Assembly (NCBI GenBank): GCA_934271525.1
Contig: CAKQRL010000001.1
Location: 184,314 to 248,313 of the forward strand
DNA: 64,000 nucleotides
DNA from: an uncultured Rhodocyclaceae bacterium
GTDB taxonomy: Bacteria; Pseudomonadota; Gammaproteobacteria; Burkholderiales; Rhodocyclaceae
Reading direction: 5' to 3'
Positions 19,280 through 28,665 of the stretch are shown here, one piece after another; position 1 is the stretch's first letter, and each line of letters opens with the position of its first letter. The translations under genes and the position numbers were made by a program. Below the pieces are notes generated by a model. It saw only the letters and a program-made list of their open reading frames with translations. It did no database searches and had not been told where the DNA came from.

Positions 19280-20244
19280 TGAGCTTTGAAATCTTCCAAG
19301 AAAGTCGACTCGGTCAACGCAAAAATAACGAAGACCGCGTGGGTTATTGTTATTCCAAAAATTCCGTGTTGATGGTAGTGGCGGACGGCATGGGCGGCTA
19401 TGAACACGGCGAAGTGGCTTCTCAAATTACGCTTCAAACCTTAACAGACGTTTTTCGCCAAAAGGTTTTAAAAGGTTTTAGGGATCCAAAAGCCTTTTTG
19501 TTGGATGGCATTTTGGCTGCGCATCGGGCAATTACCGAATATGCGCTTGATCACTTCACCGATTTTCCGCGTTCAACCGTGGTTGTTTGTTTGATTCATA
19601 AAGAAAAAGCCTATTGGGCGCACGCGGGCGATTCGCGTTTGTATGTTTTGCGCAACGGGCAGGTTTTCTTTAAAACGCACGACCATTGCCGAGTCAATGA
19701 TTTATTTGAAGCTGGGCAAATCACCGCCGAAGAAGCGCACAATCACCCCGACCGAAACAAAATTTACAGTTGTTTGGGCGGCACCATTACGCCGATTATT
19801 TCCATTTCCGACCCATTATTGATGAAAGCAGGCGATATTATTCTGCTTGCCACAGACGGGCTTTGGGGCAATGTTGATGACGCATCAATGATTAACGCCT
19901 TTGGCACGCAGCCCTTTACCGATTCAATGAGTCATTTGTTGGATTTGGCAGAACAAGGTGGCGGCAAGTTTTGCGATAACTTATCAACCGTGGCGCTTTT
20001 GTGGGATGGCGAGGTCTCTGAATACAGCATTACGCCTGAGGACTTGGCGAAAAATGAAGTGAAGATGGAAAAAGCCGAGCCTTATGCCCAAGATGTTGCC
20101 GCCGTGGAAGAAAGCAACAATGAAGCACCACCCGAGGTTGCGCGCGAAATTGAAGACGTGTTTGCCGATTTGCGCGCTGTTTTGGAAAAAAATCAGCCCA
20201 AAAAGCCCAAGAAAAACAACAAGATTTTCTACCCACGGCGCTAA
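19279..20244 (+). CDS. PP2C-family Ser/Thr protein phosphatase
   Basis: MVVADGMGG and DGLWG metal-binding motifs. Start overlaps the kinase stop (ATGA). Confidence 0.8.
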   Translation: MSFEIFQESRLGQRKNNEDRVGYCYSKNSVLMVVADGMGGYEHGEVASQITLQTLTDVFRQKVLKGFRDPKAFLLDGILAAHRAITEYALDHFTDFPRSTVVVCLIHKEKAYWAHAGDSRLYVLRNGQVFFKTHDHCRVNDLFEAGQITAEEAHNHPDRNKIYSCLGGTITPIISISDPLLMKAGDIILLATDGLWGNVDDASMINAFGTQPFTDSMSHLLDLAEQGGGKFCDNLSTVALLWDGEVSEYSITPEDLAKNEVKMEKAEPYAQDVAAVEESNNEAPPEVAREIEDVFADLRAVLEKNQPKKPKKNNKIFYPRR

Positions 20245-20246
20245 AA

Positions 20247-21518
20247 TTGTTTGGGTTGACCGTGGAAAAAATAAGCAATTTGCCGTTTGAATGGTTGTTG
20301 GGTTTGCGTTATACGCGTGCGCGGCGGCGCAACCATTTTATTTCGTTTATTTCGGTTATCGCTATTTTGGGCATTGCCTTGGGTGTGGCGGCGTTAATCG
20401 TTGTTATGTCGGTGATGAACGGTTTTCAAAGCGAATTGCGCGAACGCATTTTGGGCGTGGTCTCCCACATTCAAGTTAGCGCCATGGATGGCCATTTAAG
20501 CGATTGGCAAAAGGTTCGCCAAAACGCTTTAAAACACCCCGAAGTTTTAGCCGCCGCCCCTTTTGTGCAATCGCAGGTGATGATTTCATCTTCCCGCGCA
20601 AAAGGCGCCATTGTTCGCGGCATTGACCCAACCTTGGAAGAAGGCGTTGCGGCATTTGCGCAATCCATGAAAAAAGGGCAATACGAGGCTCTAAAACCGG
20701 GCAGTTTCGGCGTTATTTTGGGCGAAGATTTGGCGCGAGCAATAGGCGTAGGTTTGGGCGATTCGGTGATGATGATTGCGCCTGATGCGGACATTTCCAT
20801 CGCAGGAATTTTGCCAAGAATGAAGCGGTTTTCTGTTGTTGGCATTTTTTCGGTTGGTATGTATGAATACGATTCGGGTTTGGTGTTGATGAATCTTGCC
20901 GATGCGCAGGTTTTTTTCAAAATGGACAATGCCGTCTCTGGCGTGCGTTTGAAAACGCGCGATTTGTTCCGCGCGCCCGCCATTGTTTTGGACTTGGCTC
21001 AAACCCTAAACACGCACGCGTGGCTTACCGACTGGACGCAAAGCCATGCGAATTTTTTTCGCGCCGTGCAAATTGAAAAAACAATGATGTTTATCATTTT
21101 GTCTTTAATTGTTGCTGTTGCCGCTTTCAACTTGGTTTCCACTTTGGTAATGGCGGTAACAGATAAAGAATCGGATATTGCCATTTTGCAAACCTTGGGC
21201 GCTACGCCCCGTTCAATTATGTTGATTTTCATTATTCAAGGCGCCATTTTGGGTATTTTTGGTTTGGTTCTTGGCATTGCAGGCGGCGTGGCGCTTGCTT
21301 TGAATATTGATGTGGTTGTGCCTTTTATTGAAAACCTTTTTAACGTGCAATTTTTATCCAAAGAGGTTTACTACATTTCCGATTTGCCAAGCGAATTGCA
21401 TTGGCAAGACGTTTTTGGCGTTGCGCTAATGGCGCTTGTTTTGGCTTTTGTTGCAACAATTTATCCAAGCTACCGCGCATTAAAAATCAACCCTGCCGAT
21501 GCTTTGCGCTATGAATAA
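20247..21518 (+). CDS. lolC: lipoprotein-releasing system transmembrane permease (LolC/E, or a single LolF-type)
   Basis: N-terminus GLRYTRARRRNHFISFIS resembles E. coli LolC. FtsX domain. Only one permease gene precedes lolD. The true start may be the GTG at 20262 inside a repeat arm. Confidence 0.8.
   Translation: MFGLTVEKISNLPFEWLLGLRYTRARRRNHFISFISVIAILGIALGVAALIVVMSVMNGFQSELRERILGVVSHIQVSAMDGHLSDWQKVRQNALKHPEVLAAAPFVQSQVMISSSRAKGAIVRGIDPTLEEGVAAFAQSMKKGQYEALKPGSFGVILGEDLARAIGVGLGDSVMMIAPDADISIAGILPRMKRFSVVGIFSVGMYEYDSGLVLMNLADAQVFFKMDNAVSGVRLKTRDLFRAPAIVLDLAQTLNTHAWLTDWTQSHANFFRAVQIEKTMMFIILSLIVAVAAFNLVSTLVMAVTDKESDIAILQTLGATPRSIMLIFIIQGAILGIFGLVLGIAGGVALALNIDVVVPFIENLFNVQFLSKEVYYISDLPSELHWQDVFGVALMALVLAFVATIYPSYRALKINPADALRYE
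20256..20273. repeat. single repeat arm (GTTGACCGTGGAAAAAAT) inside the 5' end of lolC
   Basis: Encodes L-T-V-E-K at the lolC N-terminus. Confidence 0.7.
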
Positions 21519-22170
21519 CGAAATTGTTTTATCTGCCGAAAATTTGCACAAAACCTTCCGCGTGGCAGGTCAGCGCGTTTTGGTTTTAAACGGCATTTCG
21601 TTGGTGTTAAAAGCGGGCGAATTTTTGGTTATCACAGGACCTTCTGGCGCAGGAAAATCAACCTTGTTGCATTTGTTGGGCGGTTTGGAAAAACCAGATT
21701 CAGGTGCGGTTTTTTTAAAAGGTAGCGCACTTTCCGCTTTAAAACCCAAAGATTTGAATGCGTGGCGCAATCAATATTTGGGCTTTGTTTATCAATTCCA
21801 CCATTTGTTGCCGGAGTTTTCCGCCTTGGAAAATGTGGCAATGCCTTTGATTATTCGGCGAATTGAGCGCCGCGAAGCGGCGCGCAAGGCGGCGGCAATT
21901 TTGGAAAAAGTGGGCTTAAAACAGCGCTTTAATCATCGCCCATCGGAATTATCTGGCGGCGAGCGCCAACGCTGCGCCATTGCGCGCGCAATGGTGGGCG
22001 AGCCCGCTTGCATTTTGGCAGACGAGCCAACAGGCAATTTGGATTCCAAAACCGCAATAGAGGTTTTTCAATTATTAAAAAGCTTGTGTGCAGAAAAGGG
22101 GCTTGCTTTAATCATCGTAACCCATGACGAAAAAATCGCAGCTTGCGCCCAAAAACGCTTTCAACTTTGA
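21511..22170 (+). CDS. lolD: lipoprotein-releasing system ATP-binding protein LolD
   Basis: ABC ATPase: GPSGAGKSTLL, LSGGERQR, ILADEPTGNLD. Confidence 0.85.
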   Translation: MNNEIVLSAENLHKTFRVAGQRVLVLNGISLVLKAGEFLVITGPSGAGKSTLLHLLGGLEKPDSGAVFLKGSALSALKPKDLNAWRNQYLGFVYQFHHLLPEFSALENVAMPLIIRRIERREAARKAAAILEKVGLKQRFNHRPSELSGGERQRCAIARAMVGEPACILADEPTGNLDSKTAIEVFQLLKSLCAEKGLALIIVTHDEKIAACAQKRFQL

Positions 22171-22180
22171 AAAAAAGCAA

Positions 22181-22313
22181 TTTTCCATGGTCAACGCAGA
22201 TTTTTTTTGAAAATTTTAAAAGGTTGACCGTGGATTTTAAGCAGAAAGCATTTGGATTTATTTAAAAAAATCCACGGTAAACGTGAAAAAAATTTGACGT
22301 TTACCGTGGAAAA
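22181..22313. repeat. cluster of four repeat arms (two inverted pairs) in the convergent lolD/cheA intergenic region
   Basis: TTTTCCATGGTCAACGC, GGTTGACCGTGGATTTT, TCCACGGTAAACG, CGTTTACCGTGGAAAA. Confidence 0.85.
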
Positions 22314-22322
22314 TCGTTATTT

Positions 22323-24194
22323 TTAAGCAGATTCAAGGCGAAGGTTGGTGGGCGTGCGTTGGTTTTGGTCGGCGAGCAATTCTTTGATATCTAAAATCAA
22401 CACGATTTTGCCGTTAGAAAGTGTGGTTACTCCCGCAATGCCTTTGGGACGAAAACCTTCCAAAGATTTCACCACGGCATCGTCCCGCCCAACAAAGCTA
22501 TCCACGCTCAAAATAAAACTGCGGTCTGCCGTTTGCACAAAAACGCCGTATTCCGGGTAGCGTTCTTGCTCCCACCCCAAAAGAGAAACGAGCGAAATAA
22601 CAGGCAACACTTCGCCGCGCACCACCAAAGTTTCTTTGCCGCCTACTTCTTGAATGCTGTCGCGAAAAATTGGCAAAATTTCGCGCACCAGCGACAAGGG
22701 CAGGGCAAAGGGTTGGTCGCCCAACTGCACAATTAAAACAGGCAAAATGGCAAGCGTTAAAGGCAACGAAATTACAAAAACCGAGCCTTTGCCCAACTCC
22801 GAACGGATTTCAACCGAACCGTTCAATTTTTGAATGTTGGTTTTAACAACATCCATCCCCACGCCGCGCCCAGAAACGCTGGATATTTGCGTTTTGGTGG
22901 AAAATCCGGGTAAGAAAATTAAATTCAAACTTTGGCGGTCGTCCAAAGTGTTGGCTTCTTCCTCAGAAATTAAACCTTTTTCAATGGCTTTGGCGCGGAT
23001 GGTCTCAGGGCTCATCCCTTTGCCGTCATCGGCAATCATCAACACAATGTGGTCGCCTTCTTGGCGGGCTTCCAAGCGCACCAAGCTTTTTTCAGGTTTG
23101 CCTGATGCGCGGCGCTCTTCGGGCGTTTCAACACCGTGGTCGACGGCGTTCCTAACCAAGTGAATCAACGGATCCGCCAAGTCTTCAATCATCGTTTTGT
23201 CGACTTCGGTTTCTTCACCCGCCATCACCAATTCAATGTTTTTGCCCATTTGGCGCGCCAAATCCCGCGCGATGCGTGGGTATTTTTGAAAGAGTCTGCC
23301 AATGGGTTGCATGCGGGTTTTCATCACGGAATTTTGCAAATCCGAGACCAACAAATCCAGTTGATTGACCGCTTGATCCAATGCGTGCAAAGTTTCGGTA
23401 TCGTTTTTGCCAGCCAAAATATCGCTTCTTAAACTGGTGAGCCGATTTTTGGTCAAACCAATTTCGCCCGACAAATTCAAAACTTGGTCAAGCCGCGCAG
23501 TATCCACCCGAATGGTTGTTTCGCGGTTGGATTCAGAGGCGCGCCGCGCCGCACCATTTGCGGCAGGCGCGGCGGATTTTTTGGTTGGTGCGGTTGCCGC
23601 CGCCGCAGGCGTGGGAACGCTGGCGGACGCAGGCGTTCCTGTTGTTTGGGCTGGCGTGGCATTGTTCGCTGTGATGGCGGCGTGAACGGCATTCCAATCG
23701 GGCTCGTTTGAGTTGCCCGAAGCAGGTGCAGGCGTAGTAGAAGTTGCCGCAGGTGGTGTTGGCGCGGCAGATGCGCTAGCCGTAGCCGCCGCAGGCGCGG
23801 CTTTGCCTGCCACGGCGGCTTGCAAAGCCGCCAAAATGTTGGGGGCGGCGGGTTTTGGTTGTATGCTTTGTTGGAGTTCATCAAACATGGCGTGCACGCC
23901 TTGGGTTGCCGCCATAATGGTGTCCATCAACTCGGGGGTAAGTGATAGCTCGCCGTTCCTCAATTTGTCAAAAATGTTTTCCGTTAGCTGGCACAAGGTA
24001 ACAAGTTCTGTGGCGTTCAAAAAGCCTGCACCGCCTTTGATGGTGTGGAAACCGCGGAAAATGTCGTTCAACAAATTGTGGTCGTCCGGGGCTTTTTCCA
24101 AGTCCACAAGTTTGTTATCCACATCGCCCAACAGGTCATAGGCTTCTTGCAGAAAGTCCTGCAACAATTCTTCCATGCCGGCAAAATCGCTCAT
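22323..24194 (-). CDS. cheA: chemotaxis histidine kinase CheA
   Basis: HPt domain (FRGFHTIKGGAGF), Ala/Pro/Thr-rich linker, dimerisation and HATPase domains (GRGVGMDVV), C-terminal CheW-like domain. Confidence 0.9.
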   Translation of the reverse strand: MSDFAGMEELLQDFLQEAYDLLGDVDNKLVDLEKAPDDHNLLNDIFRGFHTIKGGAGFLNATELVTLCQLTENIFDKLRNGELSLTPELMDTIMAATQGVHAMFDELQQSIQPKPAAPNILAALQAAVAGKAAPAAATASASAAPTPPAATSTTPAPASGNSNEPDWNAVHAAITANNATPAQTTGTPASASVPTPAAAATAPTKKSAAPAANGAARRASESNRETTIRVDTARLDQVLNLSGEIGLTKNRLTSLRSDILAGKNDTETLHALDQAVNQLDLLVSDLQNSVMKTRMQPIGRLFQKYPRIARDLARQMGKNIELVMAGEETEVDKTMIEDLADPLIHLVRNAVDHGVETPEERRASGKPEKSLVRLEARQEGDHIVLMIADDGKGMSPETIRAKAIEKGLISEEEANTLDDRQSLNLIFLPGFSTKTQISSVSGRGVGMDVVKTNIQKLNGSVEIRSELGKGSVFVISLPLTLAILPVLIVQLGDQPFALPLSLVREILPIFRDSIQEVGGKETLVVRGEVLPVISLVSLLGWEQERYPEYGVFVQTADRSFILSVDSFVGRDDAVVKSLEGFRPKGIAGVTTLSNGKIVLILDIKELLADQNQRTPTNLRLESA

Positions 24195-24206
24195 GTTTGT
24201 TCTCCC

Positions 24207-24965
24207 TTAAAAGCCAAGGCTATCCAAGAGCTCATCGACTTGTTCTTGATTCACCACCACATCCGTTCGGCCTTGTGCGTTGATGACAGGTCCTTGCAAC
24301 ATACTGCTGACCTCTTCGGTTTTCTTCGTTTCTGGCACAACTTGCAACAAGACGCTCATCAAACTTGTTTCTAGATCTTGGGTAACTTCAATGATTTTTT
24401 TAATCACCTGACCGGTTAAATCTTGAAAATCTTGCGCCATTACAATTTCCATCAACTGCGCGTGCAACATGGCGTTTTTGGTTTTGAGGTCTTCGTTTAA
24501 GAATTTTTTGGTATCCAGCGCCAACTGCCGCAAACCGTTTGAATCCAAGCGATTCGCAAATAAATCATCCCAACGCTTGGATAGCGCCGCCGCAGAATTA
24601 TTCACTTGTTCTAATAACGGATTGGCAATATCCGTGGCGTTTAAAACGCGCCCTGCCGCTTGTTCGGTAAGATTGGCCACATACGCCAAGCGCGCTTTGG
24701 TATCGGGCATAGCCGACATATTTTTTTCTAACATTTTGTCGTAACCCAACTGCCCCAAAGTATCGTGCAAAGAACGGGTCATTTGCCCCAGTTGATTAAA
24801 AACGTTTTCTTGGGTATTAGACCAATTTTCCACGGTAGACGCGGAATTTTTTTGAGAATTGGAAGAAGCGCTCGCGGCAGTTGCAGCAGGCTCAGCGGGA
24901 TGATTGTTGGCAGCAATGGAATCAAATAAGGCTTCTAATTCGTCAGAATCGTTGGTGGCAGTCAT
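24207..24965 (-). CDS. cheZ: CheY-P phosphatase CheZ
   Basis: C-terminal ...DQEQVDELLDSLGF matches the CheZ C-terminal CheY-binding peptide. Sits between cheY and cheA. Confidence 0.8.
   Translation of the reverse strand: MTATNDSDELEALFDSIAANNHPAEPAATAASASSNSQKNSASTVENWSNTQENVFNQLGQMTRSLHDTLGQLGYDKMLEKNMSAMPDTKARLAYVANLTEQAAGRVLNATDIANPLLEQVNNSAAALSKRWDDLFANRLDSNGLRQLALDTKKFLNEDLKTKNAMLHAQLMEIVMAQDFQDLTGQVIKKIIEVTQDLETSLMSVLLQVVPETKKTEEVSSMLQGPVINAQGRTDVVVNQEQVDELLDSLGF
24829..24845. repeat. single repeat arm (TTTTCCACGGTAGACG) inside cheZ coding sequence
   Basis: Encodes ...STVENW... in CheZ. Confidence 0.6.
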
Positions 24966-24977
24966 TGTGGTTGCTCC

Positions 24978-25370
24978 TTATTTGCCCATTTTTTCAAAAA
25001 TTTTGTTGAGTTTTTCGGACATCGTGCCTGCTGTAAAAGGCTTGACAATGTAGCCGCTGGCACCCGCTTGCGCAGCCGCAATGATGTTTTCTTTTTTGGC
25101 TTCCGCCGTTACCATCAAAACGGGCAGATTTTGCAAAGCGGGCGTTGCGCGGATATTTTGCAAAAGGGTTAAACCATCCATATTCGGCATATTCCAGTCG
25201 GTCACCACAAAATCAAAGCCGCCTGCGGAGAGTTTTTCCAACGCCACTTTGCCGTCTTCGGCTTCGTCTACGTTGGTGTAACCCAATTCTTTCAACAAGT
25301 TGCGCACAATGCGGCGCATGGTGGAAAAATCATCCACCACCAAAAATTTAGTTTGGGGATTTGCGGCCAT
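24978..25370 (-). CDS. cheY: chemotaxis response regulator CheY
   Basis: 130 aa receiver: [19 protein letters not shown], conserved Lys near the C-terminus. Confidence 0.9.
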   Translation of the reverse strand: MAANPQTKFLVVDDFSTMRRIVRNLLKELGYTNVDEAEDGKVALEKLSAGGFDFVVTDWNMPNMDGLTLLQNIRATPALQNLPVLMVTAEAKKENIIAAAQAGASGYIVKPFTAGTMSEKLNKIFEKMGK

Positions 25371-25397
25371 TTTGCCTTACTCCTTTTCTATTATTTT

Positions 25398-26342
25398 TTA
25401 ACGCTCCAACAATGGGCGCAAGGTATCTGCCAGTGCCACGGCATCAAATTTTGCCACATAGGCATCCACGCCAACGTTTTTGCCCATTGACCGATTTGCT
25501 TCTGATGACAAGGACGAGTGCATAATCACCGGCACGTCTTTAAAGCGTGCGTCAGCTTTGATGTTTTTGGTTAAAACATAACCGTCCATCTCCGGCATTT
25601 CGGCATCCACCAAAATCAAGCGCACTTCATCGCGCATATTGCGCCCGGTTTGTTGAACGTGCATGGCAATGGCTTGAAGGCGCGTCCAAGCTTCTTGTCC
25701 GTTGGTGGCGTGTTTGTGGCGCACGCCCAATTTATCCAACACTTCGGCAATTTTGCGCCGAGCAACAATTGAATCATCCACAAAAAACACACACGCATCG
25801 GAATCAATTTGCGCTGGTGGAATGTCGCTAATCATCGTATCGCCAAAGGCGTTGGTTAAAATTTGTTCCACATCCAAAATGGAGACCAAATTGCCGTTGT
25901 CAAGTTCAATCACAGCAGTAATCAAACATTGATTAGACGACAACACGCTTTCAGGCGCTTTAACGCGGTCCCAGTCGACTCGGATGATGCGGTCAACTTC
26001 GTTTACCAAAAAGCCAAGCGTGCGTTGCGAATATTCTGCCACCATCATTGTTTTGCCCAAACCTTCAGGCGCATCGGTAAGCTGCAAAAAGGCGGAGATG
26101 GATAAAACTGGAATGGCGTTACCGCGCAACGACACCAAACCTTCCACGCCGTGTGGCATATTCGGGGTTTTGGTGATATGCGGTGTGCGGCTGACTTCTC
26201 TGACCTTAAAAACATTAATACCAAAGATTTCCTTGGTGCCCAAGTTGAAGAGCAAAATCTCCATTTTGTTGGAGCCTGCCAAACGCGTGCGGGCATCAAC
26301 CGTTGCCAATAGATTTTTATTTTCGGTTTGTTCTTCCATCAA
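25398..26342 (-). CDS. cheV: chemotaxis protein CheV (CheW-like + receiver domain)
   Basis: N-terminal CheW-like domain (EILLFNLGTKEIFGINVFKVREV) followed by a REC domain (DAEMPEMDGYVLTKNIK). Confidence 0.8.
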   Translation of the reverse strand: MMEEQTENKNLLATVDARTRLAGSNKMEILLFNLGTKEIFGINVFKVREVSRTPHITKTPNMPHGVEGLVSLRGNAIPVLSISAFLQLTDAPEGLGKTMMVAEYSQRTLGFLVNEVDRIIRVDWDRVKAPESVLSSNQCLITAVIELDNGNLVSILDVEQILTNAFGDTMISDIPPAQIDSDACVFFVDDSIVARRKIAEVLDKLGVRHKHATNGQEAWTRLQAIAMHVQQTGRNMRDEVRLILVDAEMPEMDGYVLTKNIKADARFKDVPVIMHSSLSSEANRSMGKNVGVDAYVAKFDAVALADTLRPLLER

Positions 26343-26348
26343 AATCTC

Positions 26349-27311
26349 CTAGGAAATCGCCTTCAAGCGCCGTGCCAAGGTTTCAGACAAGCGCAAGGGG
26401 TCAAACTTCGGCACGTATTCATCCACGCCTACGGATTTGCCTAATTCCTGATTGGATAAGCTGGATAAGCTTGAGTGCATAATCACTGGAATGTCGTTCA
26501 AACGCGGGTCGGTTTTGATTTTTTTGGTCAAAATGTAGCCGTCCATCTCCGGCATTTCAATGTCGGTTAAAACAAGTGCCACGCTATCTCGCGCACGTTT
26601 GCCGGTGCTTTGCTCCAAGTTGGCAATTTTGTCTAATTCTTCCCAAAGCAAGCGACCGTTTGCGGCACCAACGCCTTTCACACCCATTGTCTCTAATGTT
26701 TTGGCGATTTGTTTTCGTGCCACGCTCGAGTCATCACAATAGTAAACCGTTAAATCGTGGCGGTTCAATTCTTCAACACCGCGGAAGGCAATATCGTTGT
26801 CAATGGAAGTTGTTTCAGACAAAACTTTTTCTACGTCCATCAGCATCACAAGCCGACTGTCTTCTAATTCTGTAACAGCCGTTACCAATCCACCCGTTTG
26901 CGCCGTCAACATCTCTGGCGGCACGCACATTTTGGACCAATCCAAACGCAAAATGGTATCCACGCCTTCCACCAAAAAACCCTGCGTGTGGCCGGCGTAT
27001 TCGGTAACAATTAAAATCTCGCGCGGAGTCGTTACCGGAATGCCTGCGTATTTGGCCAAATCAATCACTGGCACCAACACACCACGCAAACTCACCATTC
27101 CTTCTACCGCCGCAGGCATATCGGGAGCGGCGGTAATCGTCGGGGTGCGCATGACTTCGCGCACTTTAAAAACATTGATTCCATAAGTTTCTCGGCGATT
27201 GGTGCGGGGGTCGACCCCCAAATAAAAGAGCAATATCTCCAGCTTATTCGTGCCCGCCAACTTGGTGCGGGCGTCGATACTTTTGAGCAAATCCGACATG
27301 CCAATCCCCAA
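26349..27311 (-). CDS. cheV: chemotaxis protein CheV, second tandem paralog
   Basis: Same two-domain architecture (EILLFYLG...GINVFKVREV; DIEMPEMDGYILTKKIK). Confidence 0.8.
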   Translation of the reverse strand: MGIGMSDLLKSIDARTKLAGTNKLEILLFYLGVDPRTNRRETYGINVFKVREVMRTPTITAAPDMPAAVEGMVSLRGVLVPVIDLAKYAGIPVTTPREILIVTEYAGHTQGFLVEGVDTILRLDWSKMCVPPEMLTAQTGGLVTAVTELEDSRLVMLMDVEKVLSETTSIDNDIAFRGVEELNRHDLTVYYCDDSSVARKQIAKTLETMGVKGVGAANGRLLWEELDKIANLEQSTGKRARDSVALVLTDIEMPEMDGYILTKKIKTDPRLNDIPVIMHSSLSSLSNQELGKSVGVDEYVPKFDPLRLSETLARRLKAIS

Positions 27312-27365
27312 ACGATTGTAAAAATATGCGTTAGTTTAAACCAACACGCCTTTTAATAAAACACC

Positions 27366-27415
27366 CCCACGGTAAACCTTTATTTTTTTCAAAAAAAGAG
27401 GCGTTTACCGTGGAT
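27366..27415. repeat. palindromic repeat pair (CCCACGGTAAACC ... GCGTTTACCGTGGAT)
   Basis: Inverted arms with a TTTATTTTTTTCAAAAAAAGAG spacer. Confidence 0.85.
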
Positions 27416-27449
27416 AAAAAAAACGGCGAAGATTTTCGCCGTTTTTTTG
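27416..27449. terminator. rho-independent terminator hairpin (AACGGCGAAGATTTTCGCCGTTTTTTTG)
   Basis: GC-rich stem plus T-run immediately downstream of the thiolase gene. Confidence 0.7.
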
Positions 27450-27465
27450 TTTTGTTTGTAAATTT

Positions 27466-28647
27466 TTACATCCGCTCAAAAATAGCGGCAATGCCTTGGC
27501 CGCCGCCGATGCACATCGTTACCAAACCGTATTTGCCACCTGTGCGTTGCAATTCATAAAGCGCTTTGGTTGCCACAAATGCGCCCGTGCAGCCCACCGG
27601 ATGCCCCAAAGCAATGGCGCCGCCATTGGGGTTGGTTTTGGCTGGGTCAAAGCCCAATTCATTTGCCACGGCACAAGCTTGTGCGGCAAAGGCTTCATTG
27701 GCTTCAATCACATCCATTTGGTCTAAACTTAAACCGGCTTTTTTAAGCGCCAAGCGCACGGCGGGAACAGGACCAATGCCCATAATTTCATGCGGCACGC
27801 CTGCCACAGCATAAGAAACCAAACGTGCCATCGGTTTTTGACCAGCGGCTTTGGCGGCTTCTTCGGAAGCCAACACAAAAAAGCATGCGCCATCATTGAG
27901 CGATGAAGCATTGCCCGCGGTTACCGTGCCGTCTTTTTTGAAAACAGGTTTCATTTTGGCTAATTTTTCTAAGGTAACTTCTTTGGGATTTTCATCCACA
28001 TTGAACACTACATCGCCTTTGCGGGTTTTTAAAGTGATATCCACAATTTGCGATTTAAAATGGCCAGCTTTAATGGCGGCAGCGGCACGCGTTTGCGAAG
28101 TTAAAGCCAATTCATCTTGCATTTGGCGCGTAATGCCGTATTTTTCTGCGACATTTTCAGCGGTGACGCCCATATGTCCAACACCAAATGGGTCGGTTAC
28201 AACTGACACCATACCGTCAAAAGCACTAACATCGCCCATACGTGCGCCCCAGCGCAAATTAGGCAACATATAAGCCGCACGCGACATGGATTCCACACCG
28301 CCGCCAATGCCGTATTGCACTTCACCCAACATAATTTGTTGTGCGGTGGTCACAATGGCTTGCAAACCCGAAGAACACAAGCGATTGACCGCCATTGCAA
28401 TGGAATTGTTTTCATCACAACCAGCATTGACCGATGCCACGCGTGCCACATAAGCATAACGTTTATCGGTGGGCATGGTGTTGCCAACGGTCACATATTC
28501 AATGGCTTTGGGATCCACGCCAGAACGCGCAATGGCTTCTTTCATCACCACCGTGGCCAATTCACAAGGTTCCATATCTTTCAAAGAACCACCATAAGCA
28601 CCGATTGCAGAACGCACGGCACTCAAAACCACAACGTCTTTACTCAC
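27466..28647 (-). CDS. acetyl-CoA C-acetyltransferase (thiolase II, PhaA-like)
   Basis: 393 aa thiolase with N-terminal active-site Cys region (NRLCSSGLQAI) and C-terminal GGGQG / CIGGGQG motifs. Confidence 0.9.
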   Translation of the reverse strand: MSKDVVVLSAVRSAIGAYGGSLKDMEPCELATVVMKEAIARSGVDPKAIEYVTVGNTMPTDKRYAYVARVASVNAGCDENNSIAMAVNRLCSSGLQAIVTTAQQIMLGEVQYGIGGGVESMSRAAYMLPNLRWGARMGDVSAFDGMVSVVTDPFGVGHMGVTAENVAEKYGITRQMQDELALTSQTRAAAAIKAGHFKSQIVDITLKTRKGDVVFNVDENPKEVTLEKLAKMKPVFKKDGTVTAGNASSLNDGACFFVLASEEAAKAAGQKPMARLVSYAVAGVPHEIMGIGPVPAVRLALKKAGLSLDQMDVIEANEAFAAQACAVANELGFDPAKTNPNGGAIALGHPVGCTGAFVATKALYELQRTGGKYGLVTMCIGGGQGIAAIFERM

Positions 28648-28665
28648 GCTTTTCTCCTATAAGAG

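Noticed and set aside
23477-23884. ORFs antisense to cheA (23477..23884, 23713..24141), to ilvD (51182..51790), within ccmF (13056..13505, 13969..14319 and others) and within phaC, hrpA and others.
   Set aside because: They lie entirely within well-supported conserved genes on the opposite strand or in alternative frames and have biased or low-complexity translations. They are spurious.
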